Assembly (NCBI GenBank): GCA_038087875.1
Contig: CM075978.1
Location: forward strand, 103,912,001-103,976,000
DNA length: 64,000 nt
Source: Malacoraja senta
Lineage: Eukaryota
Reading direction: 5' to 3'
A program made the translations under genes and the position numbers. The notes beneath the pieces are model-generated. The model was not told where the DNA came from. It did not search any database and saw nothing but the letters and a program-made list of their open reading frames with translations. Below are positions 1 to 12,172 of the stretch, piece by piece. Every line of letters begins with the position of its first letter. Within the stretch, counting starts at the first letter, position 1.

Positions 1-206
1 TTTTTCGGCGACTGCCGGCATCATTGACTGACGTATCGGGTCACCGAAAAATTTGCGGAGAAATGCAGCGTGAGACGGCGGTGACGCGGCGTGATGACGT
101 TTGACGCGCGGTGTTTTTTCAAGTGTCTCAATATTTATTTTGTCGCCGCTGGATTTTGAAATGTTCAAAATCTTTTGGCGACACGGATATGACGCCGGTA
201 GTTGCA
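1..206. mobile_element. Fragment of a non-autonomous DNA transposon (MITE, PIF/Harbinger-like), cut by the window edge
   Basis: CpG-rich segment with imperfect inverted ends (ggcgactgccggc near 7-19 vs gccggtagttgc near 195-206); resembles elasmobranch MITEs from recall. Confidence 0.5.
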
Positions 207-249
207 CAGGATTAAGATGCACAGTATTAACAGTGACTTGGTCATAAAG

Positions 250-1240
250 ATTTAGAATTGACTTACTGATAGATGAGGGTTAATCGAAGGACAATATTCA
301 GGCTGGTGGTCTGGGACCAGTGGAATTCGTTAGAGATCTATGCTGGGACATCTGCAGTTTGTGATATACATTAATGACTTAGACGTTAATGTGGACAGGT
401 TGTTTAGTAAGTTTGCAGACGAGACAAAGTTTGCTGGTGTCGCAGAATGTGAGGAAGGCTGTCAAAGTATGCTGCTGGATATAGATGGATGGAGAAATGG
501 CAGATGGAGTTTAATCTGAGCAAATGTGAGGTATTGTGTTTTGTTTTTAATGGCATGACCTTTAACAGCGGGACCTTGGAGTCGAACTCCAATACAAAAT
601 GACAACACAAGTAGATAGAATGGTAAAGCAGGCATATGGTATGCTTGCATGCATAGGTCGAGGCTTTGAGTATAAGAGTCAGGAAGTCATGATGCAGCTT
701 TATAAGACTTTGTTAGGCCACATTTGGAGTGTTGTGTGCAGTTCTGGACACCCCATTACAGGAAGGATGCGAAGGCTTGGAAAGTGCAGATGTTTACCAA
801 AATGATGCCAAGAATAGGGGACATTGTAAAGGAGAGAGGTTGGACAGACTTGGATTGTTTTCTCTGGAACACCAGAGGTTGCAGGAGATCTAATAGTATA
901 TAATGTTATGAGAGGCATAGGTAGGGTAGACAAACACAATCTTTTAAACAGGATGAAAAAAATCAAACACTAGAGGACGGTTTTAGGTGAGAGAGGCAAA
1001 GTTTAAAGAAGATATGCGGGGCAACTTTTAATGAGTACCTAGGATGTGCTGCTGGGATTGGTGGTTAAGGCAGATATGATAGCGGCATTTAAGAGACAGT
1101 TGGACAGGCATATGGATATGCAGGGAATGGTGGGATATGGATTATGCGCAGGGAGATAAGAAATAGTCTTGGCTTCATATTCAGCACAGCCATTGTGGGC
1201 CAAAAGATCTGTTCTTGTAATGCACTGTTCTATGTTCTAC
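250..1240 (+). mobile_element. Degraded CR1 LINE, 3' part (RT remnant and 3' UTR)
   Basis: INDLD, KFADETK and VKQAYGMLACIGRGFEYKSQEVMMQLYKTL motifs in broken frames; ends in ctgttctatgttcta tail. Confidence 0.85.
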
Positions 1241-1306
1241 ATCCAATTGATGTCCAGAAGCAAGCACTAGATAAAAAAATCAACACATTGCTTGTAAGAT
1301 CCTGAC

Positions 1307-1459
1307 NNNNNNNNNNNNNNNNNNNNNNNNNNNNNNNNNNNNNNNNNNNNNNNNNNNNNNNNNNNNNNNNNNNNNNNNNNNNNNNNNNNNNNNNNNNNNN
1401 NNNNNNNNNNNNNNNNNNNNNNNNNNNNNNNNNNNNNNNNNNNNNNNNNNNNNNNNNNN
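1307..1459. other. Assembly gap (153 N)
   Basis: Run of N. Confidence 1.
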
Positions 1460-1556
1460 CTATCCATCATCTATCCATCATCTATCCATCATCTATCCAT
1501 CTTCTATCCATCTTCTATCCATCTTCTATCCATCTTCAATCCATCTTCTATCCATC
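1460..1556 (+). repeat. 11-bp tandem repeat (ctatccatcat/ctatccatctt), about 9 visible copies, running into the gap
   Basis: Directly visible. Confidence 0.95.
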
Positions 1557-2299
1557 TCACAATGACATCACAATGGGATCTAATTTACAAAAACTCCATT
1601 TAAAAAACCAGGTGACGAGTAGGGGAGCAGGGAGGGAGAAGGGTGAGGGAGGGAGGGACGGATGGACGGACTGACTGACTGAGGGTAGGGGAAAGGAGAG
1701 GGAGGGAGAGGGGTGGAGGAGAGGGGAAAGAAGAGAGAGGGTGAAGTGGAGAAAGCAGAGGACGGTTGGTGGAAGGTGGGGAGAGGGAGGATAATGGAGG
1801 AGGTGAACAGGGGACTGAAGAGGGAGAGTGAGATGCGTTCACATTGATCTAATTTTTTACCAGCTATGGCCACGTCAGTGCAGTTGGGGGCTCTGGGTGA
1901 GTGGTGGAATATTGTGTTGGGGGACTAAGCTTCCCGTGTGACAGGGACCCAATGGGTCCCACTTGGTCTAGTATATCTATCATATATCTATTCAAACTGT
2001 GTGTGCGTGTGTGGGTGGGTGGGTGGGTGGGTGTGGGTGTGGGTGGATGTGTGTGTGTCATTTTGCTTGTGAAACGTATTTTCTCGAAAACCAGTAAAAT
2101 TGTTCACAAAACATCAAAAAAATTAAAAATCAAACTGCAGCATGAGTCAGTGCCACCTCACAGATGTCCAATCACAATGGATCTCATTTACATATGTGAC
2201 ATCACAATGGGACAGGTGTGGGAGATTGGAACCTTCACATGATCCCACTAAAATCAAACTGCTGCATGAGTCACAGTGCCATCTCACGCCACCGCTTGC

Positions 2300-2560
2300 C
2301 CAGCTGCTGACCTCACAATGCCTTTGCACCTGCCATCCTGGCCCCGCCCGGCCCTGCCTCCCCAGCCTGCCTGGTGGCCCTGCCCGGCCCCGCCCACTGA
2401 CCTCACAATCCCTTTGCACCTGGCCCAACTGCTTCCTGGCCCGCCCGGCCCTGCCCCTCCAGCCTGTCTGCTGGCCCCACCCTGCTGACCTCACAATGCC
2501 TTTGCACCTGGCCCAACTGCTTCCTGGCCCCACCCAGCCCTGCCCCCCCCCCCACCTGCC
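2300..2560 (+). repeat. GC-rich imperfect tandem repeat (ctgacctcacaatgcctttgcacctg..., 3 copies, ~90 bp) inside a Helitron-like unit
   Basis: Copies start near 2307, 2397 and 2485. Confidence 0.85.
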
Positions 2561-2909
2561 AGGTTGTAGATTCCATTGGTTTTCATTGAATTGAATTTAA
2601 TAATTTGTCACTTAATATCACTAATTCTTAACATTAACTTTAATTTGAAAGACAGTTTAAAAAAAAAAATGCTGTCTTCATTGACAGCTTAGATCGGACA
2701 CGCTGTGTGTGTGTGTGGAGGGGGGAGGAGGGGAGGGAGGGGGAGGGTGGGGTGGGAGGGGGGTGGTTAGTGTGTGTGTGACGAGGCAGGCTGCTCCCCC
2801 GAATTCCATAGAGCTGCCGACAGCTTTCGTGCATGAGACGCGCACGCTTCATTTCCAGAACATTCTGAACGCGGGACGCACGGTTGCATTTCGCACTCTC
2901 TGTCTCTCC

Positions 2910-3052
2910 NNNNNNNNNNNNNNNNNNNNNNNNNNNNNNNNNNNNNNNNNNNNNNNNNNNNNNNNNNNNNNNNNNNNNNNNNNNNNNNNNNNNNNNNNNN
3001 NNNNNNNNNNNNNNNNNNNNNNNNNNNNNNNNNNNNNNNNNNNNNNNNNNNN
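2910..3052. other. Assembly gap (143 N)
   Basis: Run of N. Confidence 1.
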
Positions 3053-3437
3053 CCCACCCCCCCTGCCCTCCCCCACCCTCCCTCCCGTAAACCCCCTTCC
3101 CCCTCCCCCACAACCCCTCCCTAACCCCCTTCCCTCCACCCCATCCCTCACCCACCCTCCCTCCCCTCTCCCCTCCCTTCCCCCCACCTCTCTACCCCTT
3201 CCCCCCTCTCCCCTTCCCTTCCCCCTCTCACGCCCCCACTCTCCCTCTCTCTCCCCTCTCTCTCTCCCTCCCATCTCCTCTCACCTCTCCCCCCCCACCC
3301 TCCCCCCTCACACACCCTCCCTCACCTCCTCCCCTCCACCCCCTCTCCCAATGTCTCTTTCTTCTGTTTCTGCCCCTTTATCCCTGTCTCTCCCCATTCT
3401 CTCTCTGCCCTCACTCTCTATCCCCCCCTCCCTCTCT
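3053..3437. repeat. C/T-rich low-complexity tract
   Basis: Almost pure pyrimidine with many C runs; a purine-rich counterpart lies at about 1612-1832. Confidence 0.95.
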
Positions 3438-6400
3438 AGACGCGCCTGCGAGTTGGGGGCTATGCGTCAATGGATAGGGCGGTTATGGGGTAATTGGAGC
3501 AAATTAATAATATTAATGTAATATCAAGGAGGGTAGTTAGCGTGTGTGCGGGGGAGTAGTTAGTGTCTGCCACGCCTGCACAGTTGGGGGCTATGGGTGA
3601 GTGGTGGAATATTGCGTTGGGGAAGGGAGATCAAACGGGTCTGAGCTTGGTCTGGTATATATAACTAAAAGTCTAATCTTATATGTATGTATGTTCCCGA
3701 AATACAGCCAAAACGGTACACGATAGCACAACAATTTTAGGGGCGCCTTACTCACCATTCACCTGTGGTGTGCATAATCAAGTTTCATTCGATTTTACAA
3801 AGTAATCCTTTAAAAACTTTAATTAACTTTCTAATCTGAAAGGACGAGTTTCAACGTGGCAGTCGTGCATGCGTAGTGCGCTCCCACTTGCCGGGCCTGT
3901 CAACGGTGCCTGCGCAGTTTGGGGAGGGTTGCCAGGCCCGGTATCTGCAAGTGCACAAATGAGGGAGGGTTGTTCATATCCGCAAGTGCGTCACTACGGG
4001 GACCAAACGGGTCCATGGATCATCACAACGGGGACCCAACGGGTCCACGGGTCATCTAGTATATATAACTAAAGTGTCATCTTGTATGTATGTATGTTCC
4101 CGAAATAAAGCCAAAATGGTACACGATAGTGCAACAATTTTAGCGGCACCTTATTCACCAATTGCCTGCGGTGTGCAGTATCAAGTTTTGTTCTGTTTTA
4201 CAAAGTAATTCACCAAATTAACTTTAATTAACTTTATACTGTGAACGGGACATGTCTAATACTACCATGCGTACTTGACTGACGTCATAATGGGGACCCA
4301 ACGGGTGGCATTTGTGCCTGCGCAGTGTGCTCCCACTTGCCGGGCCCATCAGCCGCGCCTGCACAGTTGGGGGAGGGTTGCCGGGCCCGGTATCCACGCG
4401 TGTGCAGTTGTGGGAGTGTTGTACTTGACTGGCGTAACAACGGGGACCCAACTGGTCCACAGGTCGTTAATTTCTTCATTCATTCATTTTTTGGTGGACA
4501 TGTTCACATCGTGCCTGAGATGCATATAACAAAGTAATCTTAACAATCATTTATGTACTACTGTTGGGTCTAGATGGAGAGTAAGTGTGGGTACTGCTAC
4601 CAACATAGAGAAGTAAATATGCAGGCTTTGGGAACTGATATCGGCTATCATTTACCATTTACCATTTTTATTTCGTGAATGCTGTACTTATATTTGTGTT
4701 ACCATTACATAGAAAGGTATAGCATATGCAGTAGAAAGATATTAGACTCAATTATTCATGCTAATGTTCCTGTTCCAATTGAGCCGATTTTGAGAAGTTG
4801 ATGGATTTCAATTTGCTATTGAAACTCTTATTTCCTTTGGTTATTAGCTGCAGAATTACCAAATCTTGGTTCTTGTTTATGCTCCTCTTACCCTGGCTAT
4901 AATAAAATGGTCTGAACTTGCTTTACTGTTCAACATAATTTCCTCTGTCATGGTGGCGCCACAATGGGGACCCAACGGGTCCATGGGTCGTCTAGTATAT
5001 TATTAAAATCAGTACAAGACAGGGCAGTATATAGTTTGCCTATTATCACATTACCTGATGTTTAACCTGTAGTCTCAGTGAGTGCATTTTCTACTTGCCT
5101 CTTCTTTGGCTGTCCAAGTACCTGGCTTGAGTAAAAATGAACTTCATCTATTAAATCTGTCTGATCACATATTCTAAACCTCCTACTGGAGCATGTAGTA
5201 TAAGCACTTTCATCTTTCCTGGTTAAGTGTGTCTGGTGTTCTTCAGTTTACTTATCCTTGTCCACATTCACAATTCCACACTACCTCACGTGGTTCTAAC
5301 AGGAAATAAAGTTGGCCCATTGAATAGTTTAGCAGTTCTCTGGATATGACTTCATGTCTTAGTTGATGTCCATTCATTTCCTGGCCATCAGTCATTGATC
5401 TTTGGCCCATGCCTAAATTCCCCCAGCAGATGATTTCCTTCCATCCCCATTATGAAAAAATCTGGCAGACACTATGACTTTCACTCAAAGGTTGATGCTG
5501 AAATATAAAAGTAGCAATTTGGACGTGTAATTTCACCAGAAATAGCTCACAGACAAATTACTCCCCCATGTAGTCATCAAAACAAGAATCAGGAATCACT
5601 GCTATTAAGTAGCTGTGAATTTTGGACACGTTACATGTAAAACAAAGACCACAGTGTTATGCATCTTTCATTGTTTAATACCAATCGTCATCCTATTACT
5701 TGATTACTCTCCCACTGGACACTAACACTTCAGTTTCTTGTCCAAATGCAATATGATGGCACAGAAATTAATGCGTAAATTAGGTAGAAAAGATAATTTT
5801 TGCCAACATATAAAATATGTATTTTCTAATTCTGGGTAAATAACATTTCTCATGACAATAGAGCCTTCCATATGTTCTAATGATCCAAAACAAAGAAGCA
5901 CGTCTGAGACAGTCACTGTTGCAGTTAATGTGGACATGCCAACCTTCCACATATTCAATGAGCTAATGGCCAAGTCGTCTGCTTTAGTGACTTTGAAGAT
6001 GGATTAATATCAGAATAATGTATTTATATTCATCTGAGAGGGCAGAGAGAAACACGCTATCCTCTGGTAGCTGGTCCAATAAGTTGAACAACATTATAAA
6101 CAGCTTGTATCACTTTCAGATAGTTGATAAGAAATAGAATCAAAAAGGTGGCACGGGAACAGATTATATTGGTGACCAAGGACAGTCTTCTGACTGTTTA
6201 GTTTAAAGACATTTTTGCACTTCCTTAAACATTCAATTCCTGTGACCCAGTGAGCTTTCAGGCCACAAAGCATAGTGCATCATTGTGAAGAATATCTAAT
6301 TCTTGAAAAAAATCCCCTCACACTTCCTAACACCCACCATTGCATTGCATTACCAATGCTGACAGAATTGTAAAAAAAATAGTGGGATTTAACAGTGCAG

Positions 6401-8329
6401 GAGGCCATTTGCTCTAATGATCCCCATTCTAATTCTTTGATAGGACTTCCTAGTTTGTGCACTATCCCATTCGTTGATGCACCCTTACAATTATTTTGCT
6501 AATATAATTCCCTTTAAAAATGTTCTGTGAAAAACAACCTTCTTCATTATTTGTTTGTGCATTTTGATTGCAGATATTGTAAAAGTTCAAAATTTGAACC
6601 CAAACTGAACTGGACCCGATAGATTTAATGTGAATCAAAGAAATATAGCACAGTTGGAGCTGCAGCCCAGATACTAATTACTTATTAATCATCCAGAAGC
6701 ACTAAGTCCAATTACAGCACCTTCCCATCTCTCCACTGTGCCCTAGAGGACAGACATGAAAAAGAGGAAAATGAAATCCATCAAACAAGGAATCATGAAA
6801 TCTTGTTGTCTCAATGAGTCAATGGTGGAATCATACTCACCTACTCTACACCCTCCATCCTCACCTCTTTCCTATATCTCCTTTATCCACTCAGAGGACA
6901 CAATAAACACAGCCTGCATCTGGCACAGAAATGTAGTTTGAATTTGAAATCCTCCTTTTTTCACTCTGTCACGTTTACTTGAAGCTGCACTAGATTAACC
7001 CAACTATATCCTGAAACAACAAGCTGGTGCCATCTTTTTTCAAACACATTTGGAAATTCCATCTCAATTGCTTCACACACACAGAAAGTTAGATTTAATC
7101 CAATTGGAATGAACTAAAATTGGAAATGGAAACTTCAAAAGGGAAAAGTGAAAGTATGTGCATAATGTTACATTATCTGCTGATCACGAATTAAGTATAA
7201 TTGTAGCCTCAATGTCTTTTGGGGATAGATTCCACATTATTATCTTTCTCAAAGACACATGAATGGAAAATATTGATGCAATTTTTTTTACTGAATTGGA
7301 AGTGCCTCAAATTTGTGAGACAGTGTAATATATATAATTTGCTTGATCTCTGCATTTAGAAAATTCTAGGTATCATAGAAGTTTGCTAGGTTTTTCTGGT
7401 GGAATTGTGAAATTATACTCGTGAAAGTATACTCTAATGCCAAGGCTATTATGGTCATTACATCATTTTATGGTTAAAGTTAAAGCCTACAGTACGGTTT
7501 CTTTGCACAAATGGTGATCAGCATCTGAGAAAGTTTACTAAAAAGAGATAATGGGGCAGCTGGATACTATGTGGAAAAGACTCTCTGGTTGATGGAAGGA
7601 AGAAAGTGATCAATTGGACAGAGCAGATCCTGATTAGGCATATTTTACCAGGAGTTTAAAAATGAAATATATAATAGAAAGATAAGATTAAGGAGGCTTG
7701 ACAGTGGTCCATTATTTAAAACTGACAGAGGATTGTAAATGTTTCCAATTCTCTTCCCTAGTGAGTAGTGGAAGCTGGATCACTCAAAATATTTTAAGTG
7801 CGGGAGGATAAATATTTGATCGATCGTTGAGTAGAGGGTGTAGAAATGGCTCAGACGAAGAGCTGAGGCCAGCATACATCAGCAGTGATCATTCTGAATG
7901 ATGGGGCAGGCTGCCATGTAGCCTACTCTCTTGTATTATTGCATATCACAGTTTGTTGCATGATTGTACAGATTTGTCATTCTAGCGGCCGCTGGTGAAG
8001 GTAACCATCAAATGGATTTTTAACTAGGATAATGTTATAACTTCACAGTCCAACAGGGAATCTCTCAAAATGCATTGTGGAAAATCTGTTGAATTCATTT
8101 TAAAAGATATGAGCTTGCAATACAAGTATCCAATAATAATGTCTACTTTTAAAATAGACTGCCAGGAGTTGATTAATGGCATGTGGAGTCAAGTAAAAGG
8201 ATTCAGAAAATGATTTGTTATTTTGTATTTCCTGATGATATCAGCCTTGCTGCATGTTAAAGTTTGTGTTCCTTCTTAATCGTGTCAATCAAGGATCAGT
8301 GAGATGACTCTCATTTCTCATTTGGAGGT

Positions 8330-8690
8330 TTATGGATTAGTCCCTCTCCATAAACTTACGGACATAATCCAACCAGATGCTGTATAAAGAGACCACTGGA
8401 ATACTAGCCTGTCATTTGGATGAGACATTAAGGCAAGGTTCTATATGTTTTCTTCTGCATAAGATCCCACGATACAAATGAAAAAGAGTCGGAATGTTTT
8501 CCATTTATCCGTGCCAATATTTATACCTTTAACAATACCAAAACAGATGTGGTGACCATTATCTCATTGTTAAGTGTGAATGCATGCTGTGTGCAAATGG
8601 CCTGCTTTGTTTTCTTAGAACTGCCCATAGTCACCATTGTAAGAGCTATTGCAGGTTGAAGAATGCGATGTGAATGAAAGTTTGATTCTC
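8330..8690 (+). mobile_element. Old DeuSINE (SacSINE1/AmnSINE1-related)
   Basis: ttggatgagacattaa...aagatccc...gccaatatttat...cattatctcattg...gctgtgtgcaaatggcctgc matches the recalled Deu core and tail. Confidence 0.65.
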
Positions 8691-9989
8691 TTTCCCTCTC
8701 TTTCATTTTCCTTCTGTTGTGTTATTTCATTTTAATAATGCACATTTGGACCTGAAACATGGTTTTCCACAAACAGTTGAACTTATCATAATCATAACAT
8801 TCAGAGAGGTACAAATATGATAAACAAATCTGATAAGATAATACAGTAGGAATAAATCAATAGCCCCTCGAGTTTACCCTGCCATTGAACAAGATTATGG
8901 CTGATTGAATCTAATTTTGCATTCCCATCTATCCACAGTAAACTTTCATATGCTCTGGCTTTAAAGTCTTCAAAGAGGAATTATGAGGAATATAGTCTCA
9001 CAATGTTCTGAAGAAAAAATATGCACCTCTTTCCTGTGGACAACTCCAATTGTTTTTTTGCTCAGTAGATATAATTAGAGCTGGAAATAGCAGGAACAAA
9101 ATGGAGCAGAAAAATATAAGAGATATAAACAGGAGAAGGCCATTTAGCCCCTCAAATGACTGCCAGTTAACAAAATGATGGCTATTTTCCAGCTTCATCC
9201 CCTTAGCTCTTGATTCTTTTAATGTCCAGAAATTTATCCAGATCTATTGTGAATGCAATCAATGCCTGACTTCAACAGCTCTCCTGAGACAGCTGTACAA
9301 AGATTCATTGAAGTTTCTTATTCAGCAATGCCAATCTAAAACAGTCTGTTTCCTCCTTGTTCCTCACTATGGTGATCCAGAAATCTATCTCATATGCATT
9401 CCAGGAATTCACCACTACATTGTTAAAACAGGTCCACCACCGATTTTGCGGCACCCTAAGTTCCAGAGCCTTTCTATATAATCTATTTTGATGGACCAAC
9501 AGAGGTCACGTAATAATAATACAACAATACACCGCTGACCAACTAATTATATCCCTCCCGTGTCTCTAAAGCACCATGGACTGCTAGAGACTAAAATAAA
9601 ACAAATTATAAATGTACATTTTACAGCGAAACTTGCACAGGCAAGAGGTGCCACTTAGCGACTTGTCCTCGTAAGTCCTAATGAGGGTCAGATCAGCAGC
9701 TGCCCACTGGACAGAGAAGCTGTTTTCACAGCAGGACTACAGGGCCAACCCGAGATTTGCCAAATCTGCCGAAAATGCGGTAAAGCGGATGTGCCCGCCA
9801 CCCCCGCCATCTGATGCGGGCCTCTGAGAGGAATCCCCAGTACAGGAACAGTCCGCCTACATCAAGCCAGCTGCTAGGAGATTGTTAGGCAACTCCCAAC
9901 AATGTTTACTGCCCTCAGCTGCTTCCTAGCTGCACCTAACTGAGCCATGCTGAACTGTACTGGTATCATCCTTTATTAATAGTACAATC

Positions 9990-10120
9990 AGTAGGAAGGA
10001 ACTGCAGATGCTGGTTTAAACCAATGATAAACATGAAAAGCTGGAGTAACTCAGCGGGTTAGACAGCATCTCTAGAGAAAAGGAATATGTAACGTTTTGG
10101 GTTGAGACCCTTCTTCAGAT
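9990..10120 (-). mobile_element. Penelope-like element terminal (pLTR) fragment
   Basis: Reverse complement of the ctgaagaagggtctc.accc.aaacgt...gatgctg...ttactccagc module. Confidence 0.8.
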
Positions 10121-10134
10121 TCCAATCTTCTTCA

Positions 10135-10308
10135 AATTCACTGGATGTTTTCAAGAGAGAGTTAGGATTAGGTCTTATATGGTTAAATGAATAAAGGGAT
10201 ATGGGGAAAAATACAGAATGGGGTACTGATTTTAGACGATCAGCCATGATCTTATTAAATGGCAGTTCTAGCTCGATGGACTGAATGGCCCATATGTTTC
10301 TATGTTTC
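10135..10308 (+). mobile_element. CR1 3' end fragment
   Basis: gatcagccatgatc...atgtttctatgtttc tail shared with the copy at 20200-20285. Confidence 0.8.
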
Positions 10309-10310
10309 AA

Positions 10311-11075
10311 TCTGAAGAAGGGTCTTGACCCGAAACATCACCCATTCCTTTTCTACATCTCCCCCCCTATCTGCTTTCCGCAAAGACCGCTCCCTCCGTA
10401 ACTACCTGGTCAATTCTTCCCTTCCCTCCCGCACCACCTCCTCCCCGGGCACTTTCCCTTGCAACTGCAAGAGATGCAACACTTGTCGCTTTACCTCCAT
10501 TCAAGGACCCAAGCAGTCGTTCCAGGTGCGACCTGCATCTCCTCCAACCTCATCTACTGCATCCACTGCTCTAGATGTCAGCTGATCTACATCGGTGAGA
10601 CCAAGCGTAGGCTTGGTGATCGTCTCGCCAAACACCTCCGCTCGGTCCGCATTAACCAACCTGATCTCCCTGTGATTCAGCACTTCAGCTCCCCCTCCCA
10701 TTCCGAATCTGACCTTTCTGTCCTGGGCCGCCTCCATGGCCAGAGTGAGAACAACCGTAAATTGGATGAGCAGCACCTCATATTCCGCTTGGGCAGTTTG
10801 CACCCTAGCGGCATAAACATTGACTTCTCCAATTTCCGGTAGCCCTTGCTGTCTCCTCCCCTTCTCAGCTCTCCCTCAGCCCTCGGGCTCCTCCTCTTCC
10901 TTTCTCCTTTCTTCTCCCCCCCCCCCCACCTTACATCAGTCTGAAGAAGGGTTTCGGCTCGAAACTTTGCCTATTTCCTTCGCTCCATAGATGCTGCTGC
11001 ACCCGCTTAGTTTCTCCAGCACTTTTGTCTACAGAGATGCTGTCTGGCCCGCTGAGACACTTTTGTGTCTATCTG
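10311..11075 (+). mobile_element. Penelope-like retroelement 3' part (GIY-YIG endonuclease region and pLTR)
   Basis: AFRKDRSLRNYLV, GTFPCNCKRCNTC, NLIYCIHCSRCQLIYIGETKRRLGDR and EQHLIFRLGSLHPSGIN motifs; flanked by ctgaagaaggg...cgaaac modules. Confidence 0.92.
10459..10842 (+). pseudogene. GIY-YIG endonuclease remnant of a Penelope-like element
   Basis: IYCIHC..C..IYIGET motif; upstream part is in a different frame. Confidence 0.9.
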
Positions 11076-11604
11076 CTTTACTCTCCCCGTCCTTCCTTTG
11101 TATTGAATACTCAGGAATATTTAGTTTCAAGCTTTGTTCATCCTATAGGTATGTTTCTGGAATAGCAATTTGATTTCTTCATTCGCTGGCACTTGCTAAA
11201 TAATGAGGTGAATAGATAGGGTGAACATGCACAGTTTTGTTTTCCAGGGTAGTGGAATAAAGTATTAGAGGTTTAAGGTGAGAGTATAAAGATTTAAAAG
11301 GGAACTGAGGAGAAACAGCTTCACCCAGAGGATCATTATATATGGAATGAGCTGCCAGAGGAAGTGTATAACTCTATGACTCTGGCATCTTTTCCCATGC
11401 CAACATCCTCAGCATCGAGGTTCTAATTATATTGAGCCATCTCAAGTGGGCTAGTCACTTGTTCACATGTTTAATACTAAACTCCAAAAAAAGTACTCTT
11501 CGTCAAGCTTTGTCATGGCAGACGATTACCAGGACAAAGGAAATGTTCCAAGGATGTTTTTAGTCTCCTTGAAAATTTGATTTCCTTGGTGTGCTAGACG
11601 AGCA

Positions 11605-12172
11605 TCATAGAACTACATAGCATGGAAACATGCCCTTTGGCCTAACTCGTCCATGCTAATCAAGTTACCACTTGCCTGCGCCTGGTTAAAATCCCTCCAA
11701 GTCTTTCCTATCCAAGTACCCGTCTAAGTGTCTTTTAAATGTCTTAATTGTCTCTGCCTGTATGACTTTCTTTGGCAGTTTGTTCCATACACACATCAAT
11801 CTCTGTGTTGCTCCTTAAGTACCTTTAAAATGTCCCCCTCTCATCCGAAACCTAAACCTTTTAGTTTAAAGCTCTCCTATCCTGGGGAAAAGACTGTAGA
11901 TATTCATCCACCTGTGCCCTTTATAATTCTATGGACCTCTGTAAGGTCATCCTTCAGCCTCCTCTGGTCCAGGAAAAAAAAAGCCAAACTATCCACCCTC
12001 TCCTTATAACTCAAACCCTCTAAACCCAGTAACATCATCATGAATTAATTTTGCATCTTTTGCCAGTTTAATGACACCCTTCCTATAAGAGTGCCCAGGA
12101 AAGTACACATTTTACTCCAATCGAGGTATTATCAATTACTTTTACAGCTCTAACATAATGCCCCAATTCCTA
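11605..12172 (-). mobile_element. Degraded CR1 LINE 3' fragment
   Basis: Starts with the catagaactacatagcatggaaaca..ccc tail complement and continues into RT-like antisense sequence. Confidence 0.75.

Larger units (their letters stand above)
1557..4995 (+). mobile_element. Cluster of non-autonomous Helitron-like elements in head-to-tail arrangement
   Basis: GC hairpin (gggacccaa(t/c)gggtcc or a variant) followed about 5-10 nt later by CTAG/CTGG at 1968-1971, 3652-3655, 4056-4059 and 4992-4995, each followed by T; units 3656-4059 and 4060-4470 are related direct repeats. Confidence 0.7.

Noticed and set aside
1580-3521. Long Pro/Ser/Gly-rich ORFs
   Set aside because: They arise from low-complexity tracts and N gaps, and are open on both strands for compositional reasons
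6574-6625. Acceptor-like ttttgattgcag as the preceding COL12A1 exon
   Set aside because: No frame resembles TSPN sequence; I found no upstream exon in 1-15211, so it is presumably outside the window or in a gap
9428-9960. Possible Tc1/mariner-type non-autonomous element
   Set aside because: CpG-rich and transposon-like, but I could not pair TIRs or find a TA duplication
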